Below are positions 1 through 11,356 of a stretch of DNA of 64,000 nt, piece after piece. The notes under the pieces were generated by a model that was given only the letters and a program-made list of their open reading frames with translations, did no database searches and was not told where the DNA came from. How positions within the stretch are numbered: position 1 is the first letter of the stretch; each line of letters opens with the position of its first letter. The DNA is taken from the NCBI RefSeq assembly GCF_046119375.1, contig NW_027362768.1, positions 9,052,001 to 9,116,000 of the forward strand, given 5' to 3'. Origin of the DNA: Phyllobates terribilis. Taxonomy: Eukaryota. A program made the position numbers and the translations under genes.

Positions 1-132
1 CCCCTTGTGCGTCCTCAGCCTATTGCTGTCTGTCACTTGGTATATAGCTCAGCAGCTCCCTTCTATCCCTGCCTGAGCATAGTGTTTCCTTCAGTGTGTG
101 CTTGCACTCTGAAGGTGCCAGGTCCCGTCTCT

Positions 133-278
133 TGTCTCCTGCTTTTTGTATCAGTTCCCGTGTCTGAACTGAGTCCTGTATGTCTCCTGCTTTGCGGTAT
201 CAGCTCCCGTGTCTGAACTGAGTCCTGTATGTCTCCTGCTTTTCTGTTTCAGCTCCCGTGTCTGAACTGACTCCTTTC
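133..278. repeat. 48-49 bp tandem repeat x3
   Basis: TGTCTCCTGC...GTGTCTGAACTGA units start at 133, 181 and 230. Confidence 0.9.
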
Positions 279-286
279 TGTGTTCT

Positions 287-527
287 CTTGTCTGTCCTGT
301 CTGAACACGCTCCTAGCCTGTTCCTCCTGCCTTCTAGGGGCCGATTACCTAGACCCGTTCCTGTATCTTGTCTGTCCTGTCTGAACACGCTCCTTGCCTG
401 TTCGTTCCGCCTTTTAGTGGCCGATTTCCTAGACCCGCTCCTGTGTCTGGTCTGTCCTGTCTGAACACGCTCCTTGCCTGTTCGTTCCGCCTCTCTGGGG
501 GCCGTATTCCCAGACCCGCTCCTGTAT
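287..527. repeat. 80 bp tandem repeat x3
   Basis: CTTGTCTGTCCTGTCTGAACACGCTCC units start at 287, 367 and 447. Confidence 0.9.
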
Positions 528-1299
528 CCCTCTGCAGTGTCGGTCTCCTCCGTACACTCAGTTCCAGTCTGAACTCTCTCCTGTCCTTTACCTGTTTTGC
601 CTCTATGTCCGTTCCCTTCCTTTTTCTGCAGAGTCTGAACTCGTACCTAACTCCTGCTTGTTGTCTCTGCAAGTACTGTGTGAGTATCTGGCTCTGTCTT
701 TCCCTTCCTGTCTGTTCCGTGTGAACAGAGCCCTGTCCTCCCTGCTCAGCCTTGTCTGCACTCTAGCTGTGCTTGCCTGTAACCCTCTGCCTGTATTGTT
801 CCTGAGTCCCGGTGTGTACTGGGTCCTATCCCGCCTGTGTTCCTACCTGCTAGTGCCTCCCTGTCTGCACTCTAGCTGTGCTTGCCTTTACCCCCCTGCC
901 TGCATACCCGCCTGCCTGCATACCAGTCGTGCCTGCCTATACCCACCAGTCTGTGTGCCAGCCTACCAGCCTGTTCCTGTATTCCCCTGTGTGGGTCAAC
1001 AGCCGTGTCCGGGGTCTGTCCTGGAGTAGCACCTGGTCCCTCTGCTCGGTTCCTCCTTGGTGCACTGGCGTCGTATGCCGTCGTGCGACCCTGGTCGGAT
1101 CGGGTGAATACTTAGTCACGCCCCTCCAGGCATTCACTCTCCGGCACGGTCCAGTGGAATCACTACAATCACACGCACACGCCGCTTAGCCCGGGCGTGT
1201 GCATAACACATTGCAGTCGCAGGTGTGTCTGTGACTGCAATGCACTTCAATGGGTTTAATAGGTCTCTGTACACATTCTGGGGAATATATACCGTTCCT

Positions 1300-1615
1300 C
1301 GTATACAATCCCCGTCACTGCCTCAGACCCCGATACCCTCACTTATGCTTCCTTCCTTTGACGTCCATACTGTTAGACTCTTTAAACCCTGCATGTGGCA
1401 GTTGTGTATCGCCCTACGGGCACCTCGCGTAAGTTTTCGGATCACTTTGTCACCTGGCCTCCGTGCTTTCTATCCTGTGACATTCCCACTCTTATCATGG
1501 GGTACTTTAACATCACCATTGATGATCCTCTCTCCCCATCTGCCACTCATCTTTCTCTAACTTTCTCCTCCGGCCTTTCACAGCTCACAAACTCTCCTAC
1601 GTGTGAGATGGGAAT
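1300..1615 (+). pseudogene. Decayed L2/CR1-group LINE endonuclease fragment
   Basis: AVVYRPTG...DHFVTW...DIPTLIMGYFNITID aligns by eye with AVIYRPPG...DHFTTW...[15 protein letters not shown] of the intact L2 ORF2 at 50514-53690. Confidence 0.8.
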
Positions 1616-2060
1616 GTTTGGGCATTGTTGCAGTATTGGACTCCGGCCACACCATGTCACATTTGTAGAGCCGATATGCAAGAGATTGACCTGGCACCAC
1701 GTATAAATCATAAGATGTTGTGCCAAAGTCCCCATAAAACTAAAGTAGAGACCAAAAAGAGGACAAGGGGTACAAGAAAGGCACCAAACATCTTAAATGT
1801 GAAAAATATATATCAAATAGCAATATACAAGAAAAAGGTATAAATTTTATTAGATTCACAAGCAGACACCATAGGTAAAAACATGATTAAAAAAGACAAG
1901 GATCCCCTAGAAAAACATAGGTATATCATAATAAATACAATGTATATAACATCATAAATATGGGTGGACACATACAAATAGACCCAGTAGGTCTGAATGA
2001 TCACAATGTGATCTGAACAAAATAATAAATAGATATTAAATATAACCAAATGAATACATA

Positions 2061-3698
2061 CAGTGGGTACGAAAAGTATTCAGACCCCTTTAAATTTTTC
2101 ACTGTTTGCTTCATTGCAGCCATTTAGTAAATTCTAAAAAGTTCATTTTTTCTCATTAAAGTACACTCTGCACCCCATCTTGACTGAAAAAAAAAACAGA
2201 AATGTAGAAATTTTAGCAAATTTATTAAAAAAGAAAAAACTGAAATATCACATGGTCATAAGTATTTAGACCCTTTGCTCAGACACTCATATTTAAGTCA
2301 CATGCTGTGCATTTCCTTGTGATCGTGATCCTCCTTTAGATTATTCTACTCCTTCATTGGATTCCAGCTGTGGTTAATTAAACTGATAGGACTTGATTTG
2401 GAAAGGCACACACCTGTCTATATAAGACCTCACAGCTCACAGTGCATGTCAGATCAAATGAGAATCATAAGCTCAAAGGAACTGCCCAAGGAGCTCAGAG
2501 ACAGAATTGTGGCAAGGCACAGATCTGGCCAAGGTTACAAAAGAATTTCTGCTTTACTCAAGGTTCTTAACAGCATAGTGACCTCCATAATCCTTAAATG
2601 GAAGAAATTTGGGACCACCAGAAGTCTTCTTACACCTGGCCGTCCAGCCAAACTCAGCAATCGTGGGAGAAGAGAGAGGTAAAGAAGAACCCCAAGATCA
2701 CTGTGGCTAAGCTCCAGAGATGCAGTAGGGAGATGGGAGAAAGTTCCACAAAGTCAACTATCATTGCAGCCGTCTATCAGTCGGGCCTTTATGCCTTTAT
2801 GGCAGAGTGGCCCGATGGAAGCATCTCCTCAGTGCAAGACATATGAAAGCCTGCATAGAGTTTGCTCAAAAACATATGAAGGACACCCAGACTATGAGAA
2901 ATAATATTCTCTGGTCTGATGAGACAAAGATAGAACTTTTTGGTGATAATTCTAAGATGTATGTGTGGAGAAAACCAAGCACTGCTCATCAGCTGCCCAA
3001 TGCAATCCCAACAGTGAAACATGGTGGTGGCAGCATCATGCTATGGGGATGTTTTTCAGCTGCAGGGACAGGACGACTTGTTGCAATTGAAGGAAACATG
3101 AATGCGGCCAAGTACAGAGATATCCTGGATGAAAACCTCTTCCAGAGTTCTCTGGTCCACAGACTTGGCCGAAGGTTCACCTTCCAACAAGACAATGACC
3201 CTAAGCACACAGCTAAATTAACAAAGGAGTGGCTTAAGAACAACTCTGTGACCATTCTTGACTGGCCCAGCCAAAGCTCTGACCTAAACCCAATTGAGCA
3301 TCTCTGGAGAGACCTGAAAATGGCTGTACACCAACGTTCATCATCCAACTTGACGGAACTGAAGAGGATCTGCAAGGAAGAATGGCAGAGGATCCCCAAA
3401 TCCAGGTGTGAAAAACTTGTTGCATCATTCCCAAGAATACTCATGGCTGTACTAGCTCAAAAGGGTGCTTCTACTCAATACTGAGCAAAGGTCTGAATAC
3501 TTATGACCATGTGATATTTCAGTTTTTCTTTTTTAATAAATTTGCAAAAATTTCTACATTTCTGTTTTCTTTCAGTCAAGATGGGGTGCAGAGTGTACTT
3601 TAATGAGAAAAAAAAAACTTTTTAGAATTTATCAAATGGCAGCAATGAAACAAAGAGTGAAAAATTTAAAGGGGTCTGAATACTTTCCGTACCCACTG
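2061..3698 (+). mobile_element. Tc1-family DNA transposon with ~220-bp IR/DR-type TIRs
   Basis: TA|CAGTGGGTACGAAAAGTATTCAGACC...GGTCTGAATACTTTCCGTACCCACTG|TA; TA TSD at 2059-60 and 3699-3700; inner repeat AAGTATTTAGACCC. Confidence 0.95.
2458..3484 (+). pseudogene. Tc1 transposase, frameshifted in the N-terminal half
   Basis: KELPKELRDRIV...GRPAKLS, then WSDETK, QQDNDPKH and NPIEHLW, spread over three frames. Confidence 0.92.
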
Positions 3699-3909
3699 TA
3701 TAATAGTAATTTCCCAGGGAAGTCTTTTAGCCCTATTCACAACATAACCTAAATATAAAGTAGTTTCAAGGTGGACAATCCCTAAAGCGAATAAAGGGAA
3801 ACATACTGTATTATACAGACCACTGGTGTCCACACAGAAGGAAGTGACCAAAAAGATTTTTAACCCTATGCGTTACGCCATCCAACCATGGCTTCCTCAG
3901 GGATTTGCA

Positions 3910-4335
3910 GAGCCCCTAATATGCCTAAACAGCGGAAACCCCCCACAAGTGACCCCATTTTGGAAACTACATCCCTCAATGAACTTATCTAAAAGTGGGT
4001 GAGCACTTTGATCACAGGTGCTTCTGCTTCACGAAATGTTATAATGTTGAGTCGTGGAGACGAAAAAATATTTTTTTCCAGCAAAAATGTTGGTTTTGCC
4101 CCAAATTTTTCATCCTCACAAGGGTAGCAGAAGAAAGTGGACCATAAGATTTGTTGTGTAATTTCTCCTGAGTACTATTCAACTACTGTTTGGGCTCATG
4201 CAATGCCTATTGAACTCTGGAGCTCAATTTTGGTTTGAACAGATTGTGGATTGCTTGTCACATTTGACAAGCCCCTAACATGCCAAAACAGAAGAAACCC
4301 CCACAAGTGACCCTATTTTGGAAACTACACCTGTT
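3910..4335. repeat. Two copies (~358 bp apart) of a motif from an unclassified interspersed repeat
   Basis: GCCCCTAA..ATGCC.AAACAG..GAAACCCCCACAAGTGACCC.ATTTTGGAAACTACA at ~3912 and ~4271. Confidence 0.55.
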
Positions 4336-4409
4336 GAGGAATTCATCTAATATGGTCCAAGGTCATGACGGGCTAAAAACATCTCCAGAATTCAAACTTT
4401 TCTCACCTT

Positions 4410-4839
4410 TGAAACTGCAAAAACTCTTACTGTTGCTCTTTTTCATTCTCTTCTGGACTACTGCAACTCTTTACTAATCGCTCCCCCTCTAATCAAGCTT
4501 TCTCCTTTATAATCTGTCCTGAATGCCGCAGCCAGGGTCCTATTTCTGTCCAGCCACTTCACCGATGCCTCCACCTTGTGGCAGTTGTTACACTGGTTGC
4601 CCATTTGCTACAAGAATACAATGCAAACTTATCTGTCTCACCTACAAAGCTCTTCACAGTTCTGCACCACCCTATATCTCATCCCTCATCTCTATTCATC
4701 ACCCTTCCAGTGGCCTCCATTCCATAATTGAAAACGGAACCTCGCACCTCCATCTCCAAGACTTCTCTCATGCTGCTCCAGTGTTCTGGAACGCACTACC
4801 CCAAACAATCCAACTAACATTTAACCCCCATGTTATTAA
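4410..4839 (+). pseudogene. Old L2 LINE 3' ORF2 relic, 5' piece (continues at 6516)
   Basis: Encodes LDYCNSL, LHWLP, LTYKALHSSAPPYISSL and QDFSHAAPVFWNALP, matching the L2 ORF2 C-terminus. Confidence 0.8.
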
Positions 4840-5068
4840 TGAATTATTATACTTGGTAACAAGTTTGGAATAATCATATTTTCTATGTATACCATTATTA
4901 CCCATGTATAAAACTATATATAGGACTAGATCAATTCGGACAATAACAATAGACCAACAGAGGAAATACCGAACAAAGAAGATCAAAAGTAAACAAGTTA
5001 CTAAAAAGACCTTTAATGAATCATGGTTTGGCCAAATCAATGGCACTGCATAAAGAGACGGTCACACA

Positions 5069-5108
<40 letters not shown>

Positions 5109-6355
5109 AAGGGAATACAATGTCCCTATATGATATGAAACATAGTATATTTCTCAATACAATAGTCACATAGTAAATACATTAAATATCATTTAAAATT
5201 GTAAAAAAGGTTATCAGTGAAACAACATTTATATCAAGGGATCCATATACATACATAATTACATAATGTATCCCAGCTAATATGACTGGCCTCAAATCGA
5301 AAAAGTGTCTACGTGCGTTAATTATTGCATAGATGAATAATTGTATAGATGCATAGTGTAGCTAAGAATAAACCTTAATAGGGATGGATATTGTATCCAT
5401 ACATATATCACTTGCTATATACATATATCGAAGAGCAGTTATTGTGGCACATCAGTGTCCAAAAAAATGTATACATTCTAGTTATTCATATAACATATAT
5501 ACAGGGATACAGTTGCAATTCATGTTCCATTTGATACAGATAGTTAGGACAAAGTACCAGATTTCCACAAACAATTCTTAAATGATTGTATTATGGGGTC
5601 TATATAACCAGTTTGTAGGTCACAGTTAATATATCACTGGCGTGTCAATTGGTCCCTATATAAGTGTTGAACATGCTCATATCCATATACATTACCATAT
5701 CCATATACACCTGACGAAGGTGTCAGGTCGGGGTAGGCGCGCGTCGGGGTGGGCGCCACACATGTTTGGTAATGTATATGGATATGAGCATGTTCAACAC
5801 TTATATAGGGACCAATTAACATGCCAGTGATATTTTAACTGTGACCCACAAACTGGTTATATAGACCCCATAATACAATCATTTAAGAATTGTTTGTGGA
5901 AATCTGGCACTTTGTCCTAACTATCTGTATCAAATGGAACATGAATTGCAACTGTATCCCTGTATATATGTTATATGAATAACTAGAATGTATACATTTT
6001 TTTGGACACTGATGTGCCACAATAACTGCTCTTCGATATATGTATATAGCAAGTGATATATGTATGGATACAAGATCCATCCCTATTAAGGTTTATTCTT
6101 AGCTACACTATGCATCTATACAATTATTCATCTATGCAGTAATTAACGCACGTAGACACTTTTTCGATTTGAGGCCAGTCATATTGGCTGGGATACATTA
6201 TATAATTATGTATGTATATGGATCCCTTGATATAAATGTTGTTTCATTGATAACCTTTTTTACAATTTAAAATGATATTTAATGTATTTACTATGTGACT
6301 ATTGTATTGAGAAATATACTATGTTTCATATCATATAGGGACATTGTATTCCCTT

Positions 6356-6399
<44 letters not shown>

Positions 6400-6515
6400 T
6401 GTGTGAGCGTCTCTTTATGCAGTGCCATTGATTTGGCCAAACCATGATTCATTAAAGGTTTTTTTAGTAACTTGTTTACTTTTGATCTTCTTTGTTCGGT
6501 ATTTCCTCTGTTGGT
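4840..6515. mobile_element. Fold-back insertion (~745-bp inverted arms, 69-bp spacer, 112-bp unique end) with 13-bp TSD; Penelope-like architecture
   Basis: Arms 4952-5697 and 5767-6515 are reverse complements with about a dozen mismatches. CCCATGTTATTAA is duplicated at 4827-4839 and 6516-6528. Confidence 0.85.
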
Positions 6516-6970
6516 CCCATGTTATTAAGCATGCTTTAAAAACACATCTCTTTAGATGGGCCTATTATCTCAACTTGCTAATCTAACTCTCCCCTGTTCC
6601 CTCCTTCTAAATGTTAGGCATAATCAGCTCCCTCCTATTCATCTGTCCCCACATCCTCCATGCACCCAATAGCACATAGTAGCTGCACTTTGACAGATCT
6701 TGGCTGATGACTGGATCATGCAGCTTTATATGAAAACTCTTATTTATAATAATGATGGCTGGACCGTACATAGCAAGCACGTTCTACTTATTATGTCCCC
6801 CCCTATTTCCTTATAGATTTTAAGCTTGCGAGCAGGGCCCTCACTCCTCCTGAAACTGTTGAACTATGCGTTACACTGTATTGTATTAAATGTCTTTACA
6901 TGTCCACGCTTAATTGTAAAGTACTGTGGAATATGTTGGTTCTATTTAACTAAAATTACTATTATTATTA
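6516..6970 (+). pseudogene. Old L2 LINE relic, 3' piece with 3'UTR and (TTA)n tail
   Basis: Rejoining across the TSD gives ...NPHVIKHALKTHLFR; TAAGCTTGCGAGCAGGGCCCTC resembles the L2 3'UTR; ends ATTACTATTATTATTA. Confidence 0.75.
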
Positions 6971-8298
6971 TGTAAGGTGCTTAGCAGAAGAATTGGCCAA
7001 TTTGTGTGTGCCCATTAGCCATGTCAGGGTGTACCTTTCTTTGATGGGACCCTATCCATTTCTATCAGACATGCCTCTGCCAAGCCAAAAACCTAAAACT
7101 TTAAAAGGCAAGTACAATTGGTTGCTAATTAAATAAAGGTAATGTAGCTTCTAAGTAAGATAGTAGATCATTTTTTCTAATCCTGATAACATCTTTGATA
7201 CTTAATTCTATTATTTACAACAATATAATAGCCTATAAATGTTTTTTTAAATGCTTGGTATCACCTTGGAAATAGACCTTAAGATAGAATTTTAAGTTAA
7301 TTGCAGCTAAATTTGTTCTACTATCTTAAGTGGCATTTTAATGAACTAATTTTGGCTGCATACACTGATTTTCAATAGCATCCGGGATATGTATCTACAA
7401 ATATTATCACTTGCAGCTAATAAAGTGCCCTAAGCCTGGCACACGGATGGCTGCTTCAGTTAGAAAATAAAGCAATTTTATTCTTTCCAAACTATTCTCT
7501 TTTATGTTGTTCTATACATTGTTCTTATTTATGAGAGTCAGTGGGTACAAAGCAGACAAAATTTGATTTTTTTAAAAGATTAATCATTTGATGTACTTTT
7601 ACTAATTACTTTGTCATTTCCCACTTCCTTTGGTCTATAAACAGCACAGCGATCCCTGTTACTGCATAAAAATTATTGCAGAATTAGCACTATCTTCAAA
7701 TTATTAACAGTTCCAAATAGTGTTGGTAACGACAATTTGCTGAACATAAATCATCTGTTTATTTAGTTTATTTAGAACTTAAACTTTTTTTTTTTTTTTC
7801 AAAAAAGTGTTTTTCTTCTGCTTGGGCTTTAATTGAGGTCACTACAAACAAATTACAATCTAGTTCTATACCAATGTGATCAAGAAAGAGGTTACTGATC
7901 AATGACAGCAAAACCCGTTAATGGGCTGGAAATTTATTTTGTATAGTCCTTTTGGACGCTTGGAGATATGATGTCTGAGTTGGTAACTTCTGCTTCTGTG
8001 GTACTGTCTTCACAGGTTAGAAAAGCATAGCCAAACACTATTTCGGTGTAGTATTCTGATCAGCCTCTATAAGGCTATGTTCATATAATTTGGATAAGAT
8101 TCAAATGTTTTATTCTGATTGGCACATGGAAAATTCACATTGCATTACAGTAGCAGCAAAGTGTATGAAATTTTAAGAAATCCCATCTGCAAGCTGCGGA
8201 AAAAATTCTGCATGGAAAAAGAATAAGAATTTTAATTATACAGCATGATAATATATGATGCAATTTATGTAAAACCTGTGGATTTTGCTGCAAATGAA

Positions 8299-8713
8299 AG
8301 AGATTGTCCACTACTTTATCATTAATGACAAATCCTTAGGATAGGATCAATGTCTGATTGGTCGGGTACCGACACCTTGCAACCCCGCCAATAAGCAGAG
8401 CTTGGTACTGGTGGCGACGGCCACTGGCCAGAAATACTCACTGGCGAAGCTGTTCTGTCTTCTGATAGTGGCTGTGGTAGGGTACTGCACATCTGCCTTT
8501 AATTGATTTGAATAGGAGACGGATGTGTAGTACTCTGCCGTGGCCACTATCAGAAGATGGAGCAGCTCCACAGCTGAGCATTTCCAGCTGGTGGCCGCCG
8601 TCGCCACCGGCATCGGCTAATCGGCAGGGGTGCCAGGTGTCAGACCCAACCGATGAGACATTGATTACCTATTCAAGGATAGGTCATCAATGATAAAGTG
8701 GTGGACAACCTTT
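8299..8713. mobile_element. T2-type (Kolobok-related) MITE, internally palindromic
   Basis: AGAGATTGTCCACTACTTTATCATT / AATGATAAAGTGGTGGACAACCTTT TIRs; TTAA on the right and TGAA on the left. Confidence 0.75.
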
Positions 8714-9165
8714 TTAACAAGGATTTGATTTGAAATCCACTGGTGAATCACATGCATACATGTTTTTAATGAAGACCATGGAACCAACTCTTATAGCATG
8801 AATCCAGACATGAGACCTTGGCATCCTTCTCACCGGGATTCTTGTGCCTAAATAAATAAATCAAGCCTTAGACTACGTACAGTATGTTTAGGATCCCTAC
8901 AGTGCAGAAATGCACGGCAGACTATATACTGAATTCTGAGTTTTTATGTACTGTATATGCTTTAGGTGTCATAAACCTCTTGCATTCATCTAGTCTAAAT
9001 CTCCTTGTACACAAAATCTTTCTGTTGTTTTTTTCCTATAGACTAGATTTTTGGTATAACAGATTGTTCTTGAAAATGAAATAGAACATTGCTCCATGGA
9101 ATTATTCTGATTACCATATTTGGAGTAGTTTTTTCAATGCTTTGGATTAAGGTTTCTACTTACCT

Positions 9166-9492
9166 AACCCAGATACTAGGACATCAATAGGGCACACGTG
9201 GCCTAGGAAAATAAATTGCAAAGTGTCCACAATGTCCTATATAGACAATAATGATGTTTTTATTGGACTTGTCTCAAAGTAATTACGCGTTTCGAAACAC
9301 ATCTGTCTCCTTTTTCAAGGTTAGAGAGACATAAACCAAATCATGCCAAAGGCATCCACAGTGCTCTGAAATTAGGTGTTCTTGTGAGACAACTTCAAAT
9401 AACCACCAATATTTTGTTTACATCATTGGGGACACTTTGTAATTTTTGCTCCTGAACCACTTACCGCCTATGGATATCCTAGTATGTGGGTT
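9166..9492. repeat. Decayed inverted-repeat element with a Penelope-like motif inside
   Basis: AACCCAGATACTAGG...TTGCAAAGTGTCCACAATG (9166-9235) pairs imperfectly with CATTGGGGACACTTTGTAA...CCTAGTATGTGGGTT (to 9492); minus-strand CTTGAAAAAG...CGAAACGCGTA at 9283-9320. Confidence 0.5.
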
Positions 9493-9698
9493 TGTGAAAA
9501 ACCTAATCCAAACCATTGAACAAGTTTTTATACACCATCATTGAGCCTGGCAATTCAAAGTAAAGGATAAGATCATCAGGCAGCATCTCTCCTCGTTTAT
9601 TCATGCGCTACAGTAGAGTTGTTATGCATTGCACAACTACAGTGAAGTGAGCTTTCTACCTTTATGGGTCTAACACTATTTCTGCTCTGACGTCCTTA

Positions 9699-10538
9699 GG
9701 CTGTGTGCCCACATAGCATTTTTCAAGCGTTTATGCTGCGGAATTTCCGCAGCGGAAACGCTTGTGAAACGCTAGGTAATCCGCACCCCATGGTCCCCAA
9801 GGGGATTCCGCATGTTCTATGCACATGCTGCGGATTTTTCCGCAGCGTTTATGCTGCGTACAAAAATCCGCAGCATGTCATTTAATTTTGCGGAAGCGCA
9901 GCGGAACTCCCGCCATTGACTTGCATTGAGACGCACAGAAACCGCGACTGTACATTTTTACAAGCGGCTTCTATGAGTCTCTATGTGCGGATGGTACCCA
10001 GTTCTGGAGGAGAGGAGACTCTCATCCAGACCTGGGTACCATTGTACCTGTAAAAAAAGAATAAAATAACAAATAAAGTTTATATTCACCTGTCCGGCGG
10101 CTTGTCTCTGAATGCCGGCATCGCTTGAGGACCTGCGGTGACGTCACAGTCATGTGACCGCAGGCCCTTCACCGCTCTGTCTCGCGAGATGCCGGCATCC
10201 AGGAACCAGACAGGAAGCAGCGCTGCAGCCACGCCGGGACCTCGGGGGTGAGTATAGCTTTATTTGTTTTAATTTTTACGGTTCACACTGTATAAACCCA
10301 TGCCGTTTGTATGGATTTATACAGTGTGACCTAGTTGTCAAGCACTTTCCAAGTGATGCTATCACCTGGAAAGCGCTTGTCAATCTGCATGCAGAAACGC
10401 ATGTGAATCTGCATGTGGATCCGCATGTATTCTGCAGGAAAAACGCATGCACAATCTGCATGCGTTTTTTTCTGCCAGGGAGATGCAGAAATGCTGCAGA
10501 AATTTTCTGCTTCATTTCTGCATCGTGGGCACATAGCC
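9699..10538. mobile_element. PIF/Harbinger-type MITE
   Basis: TIRs GGCTGTGTGCCCACA / GTGGGCACATAGCC flanked by TTA and TAA; repeated GCGGA/TCCGC subterminal motifs. Confidence 0.65.
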
Positions 10539-10542
10539 TAAC

Positions 10543-11259
10543 TAGAAATGAGGGAATTTATTCAAGTGGAATTTAATTCATGAATTTTACAAAAATCTGA
10601 ATTCACTAAAATGGATATTTTTTTTCTAATTTGTTTCCTTATAGATTCATCAAAAGAGCAGCTGGCAGCTACTCCTTTGCTGAACCATAAAGAGCCATTA
10701 AAAGAATAAAAATTGAAAAAATACCTCTACTTACTTTACCACTCACCTCTTCAACCCCTCCGTTCCTCACCATCCCCTGCACATTCTTCAACGCATCTTC
10801 TTGTCACCACTGTGAGCACTGAAATTTCAGACCTATTCACATTAGGCAAGGACTTCCGGCTCTGCGGAGGCAAGGGACGGTTCTGAGCATCAGATCACAA
10901 TGTGTGCCGTGACTTTGTGTGTGCATCTTCACAACCGTCCTCCTCAGAGCTTGAAATCGCGGTCTAGAATGAAGAGACCAGGGATTTTAGCGCTTGTGGT
11001 GGTTATAAGGAGATGCGACAAGGACCATATAGGTGACAGTGAGGAGCAGATGGGCCTGAGATGTGAGCAGTAAGGTGAGTATAAGTATTTTTACATTTTT
11101 TTACACATTACGATTTTAATGCTGTGGGGTCTAAATAGACCCGAGAGTATCACAAGTGACATTCAATTTGCAGAGAATAACTTTGCTAAGAATTGAATTT
11201 CCCCCCAAAAATTTGCATAATCTGGCAAATATGAATTTTGCCAGATCCACTCATCTCTA
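10543..11259. mobile_element. Decayed hAT-type MITE
   Basis: Ends TAGAAATGAG / CTCATCTCTA resemble the hAT termini elsewhere in the window, but the flanking 8-mers do not match. Confidence 0.4.
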
Positions 11260-11356
11260 GTATTTACCTTATGAACACCTTCTCCTTTTGGTGTCAACCA
11301 ATTTTATGTCTCTGCATATTTTTCAGAGAAAGTTTCCTCCTATTATGGGCTGATTA

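Larger units (their letters stand above)
1..1208 (+). mobile_element. Probable 3' part of an LTR (solo-LTR-like), start outside the window
   Basis: TATATA at ~41, pyrimidine-rich tandem-repeat body, ends ...GCATAACA (CA terminus) at 1208. No TSD can be checked; orientation is inferred. Confidence 0.45.

Noticed and set aside
349-1189. 100-123 aa ORFs at the window start
   Set aside because: Translations of pyrimidine-rich tandem repeats with no domain signal.
1209-1242. Hairpin CATTGCAGTCGCAG-GTGTGT-CTGTGACTGCAATG as a terminator or ncRNA
   Set aside because: An isolated short palindrome, more likely the centre of a decayed MITE; no supporting context.
6970-8290. Host-gene exons in the AT-rich non-repeat stretches (also 54200-55900 and 59900-62300)
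   Set aside because: I found no open frame with convincing splice sites or recognisable protein motifs; small exons cannot be excluded without RNA-seq.
9283-9320. A functional hammerhead on the minus strand
   Set aside because: The core reads CTTGAAAAAG rather than CUGANGA and stem I does not pair; at most a relic.
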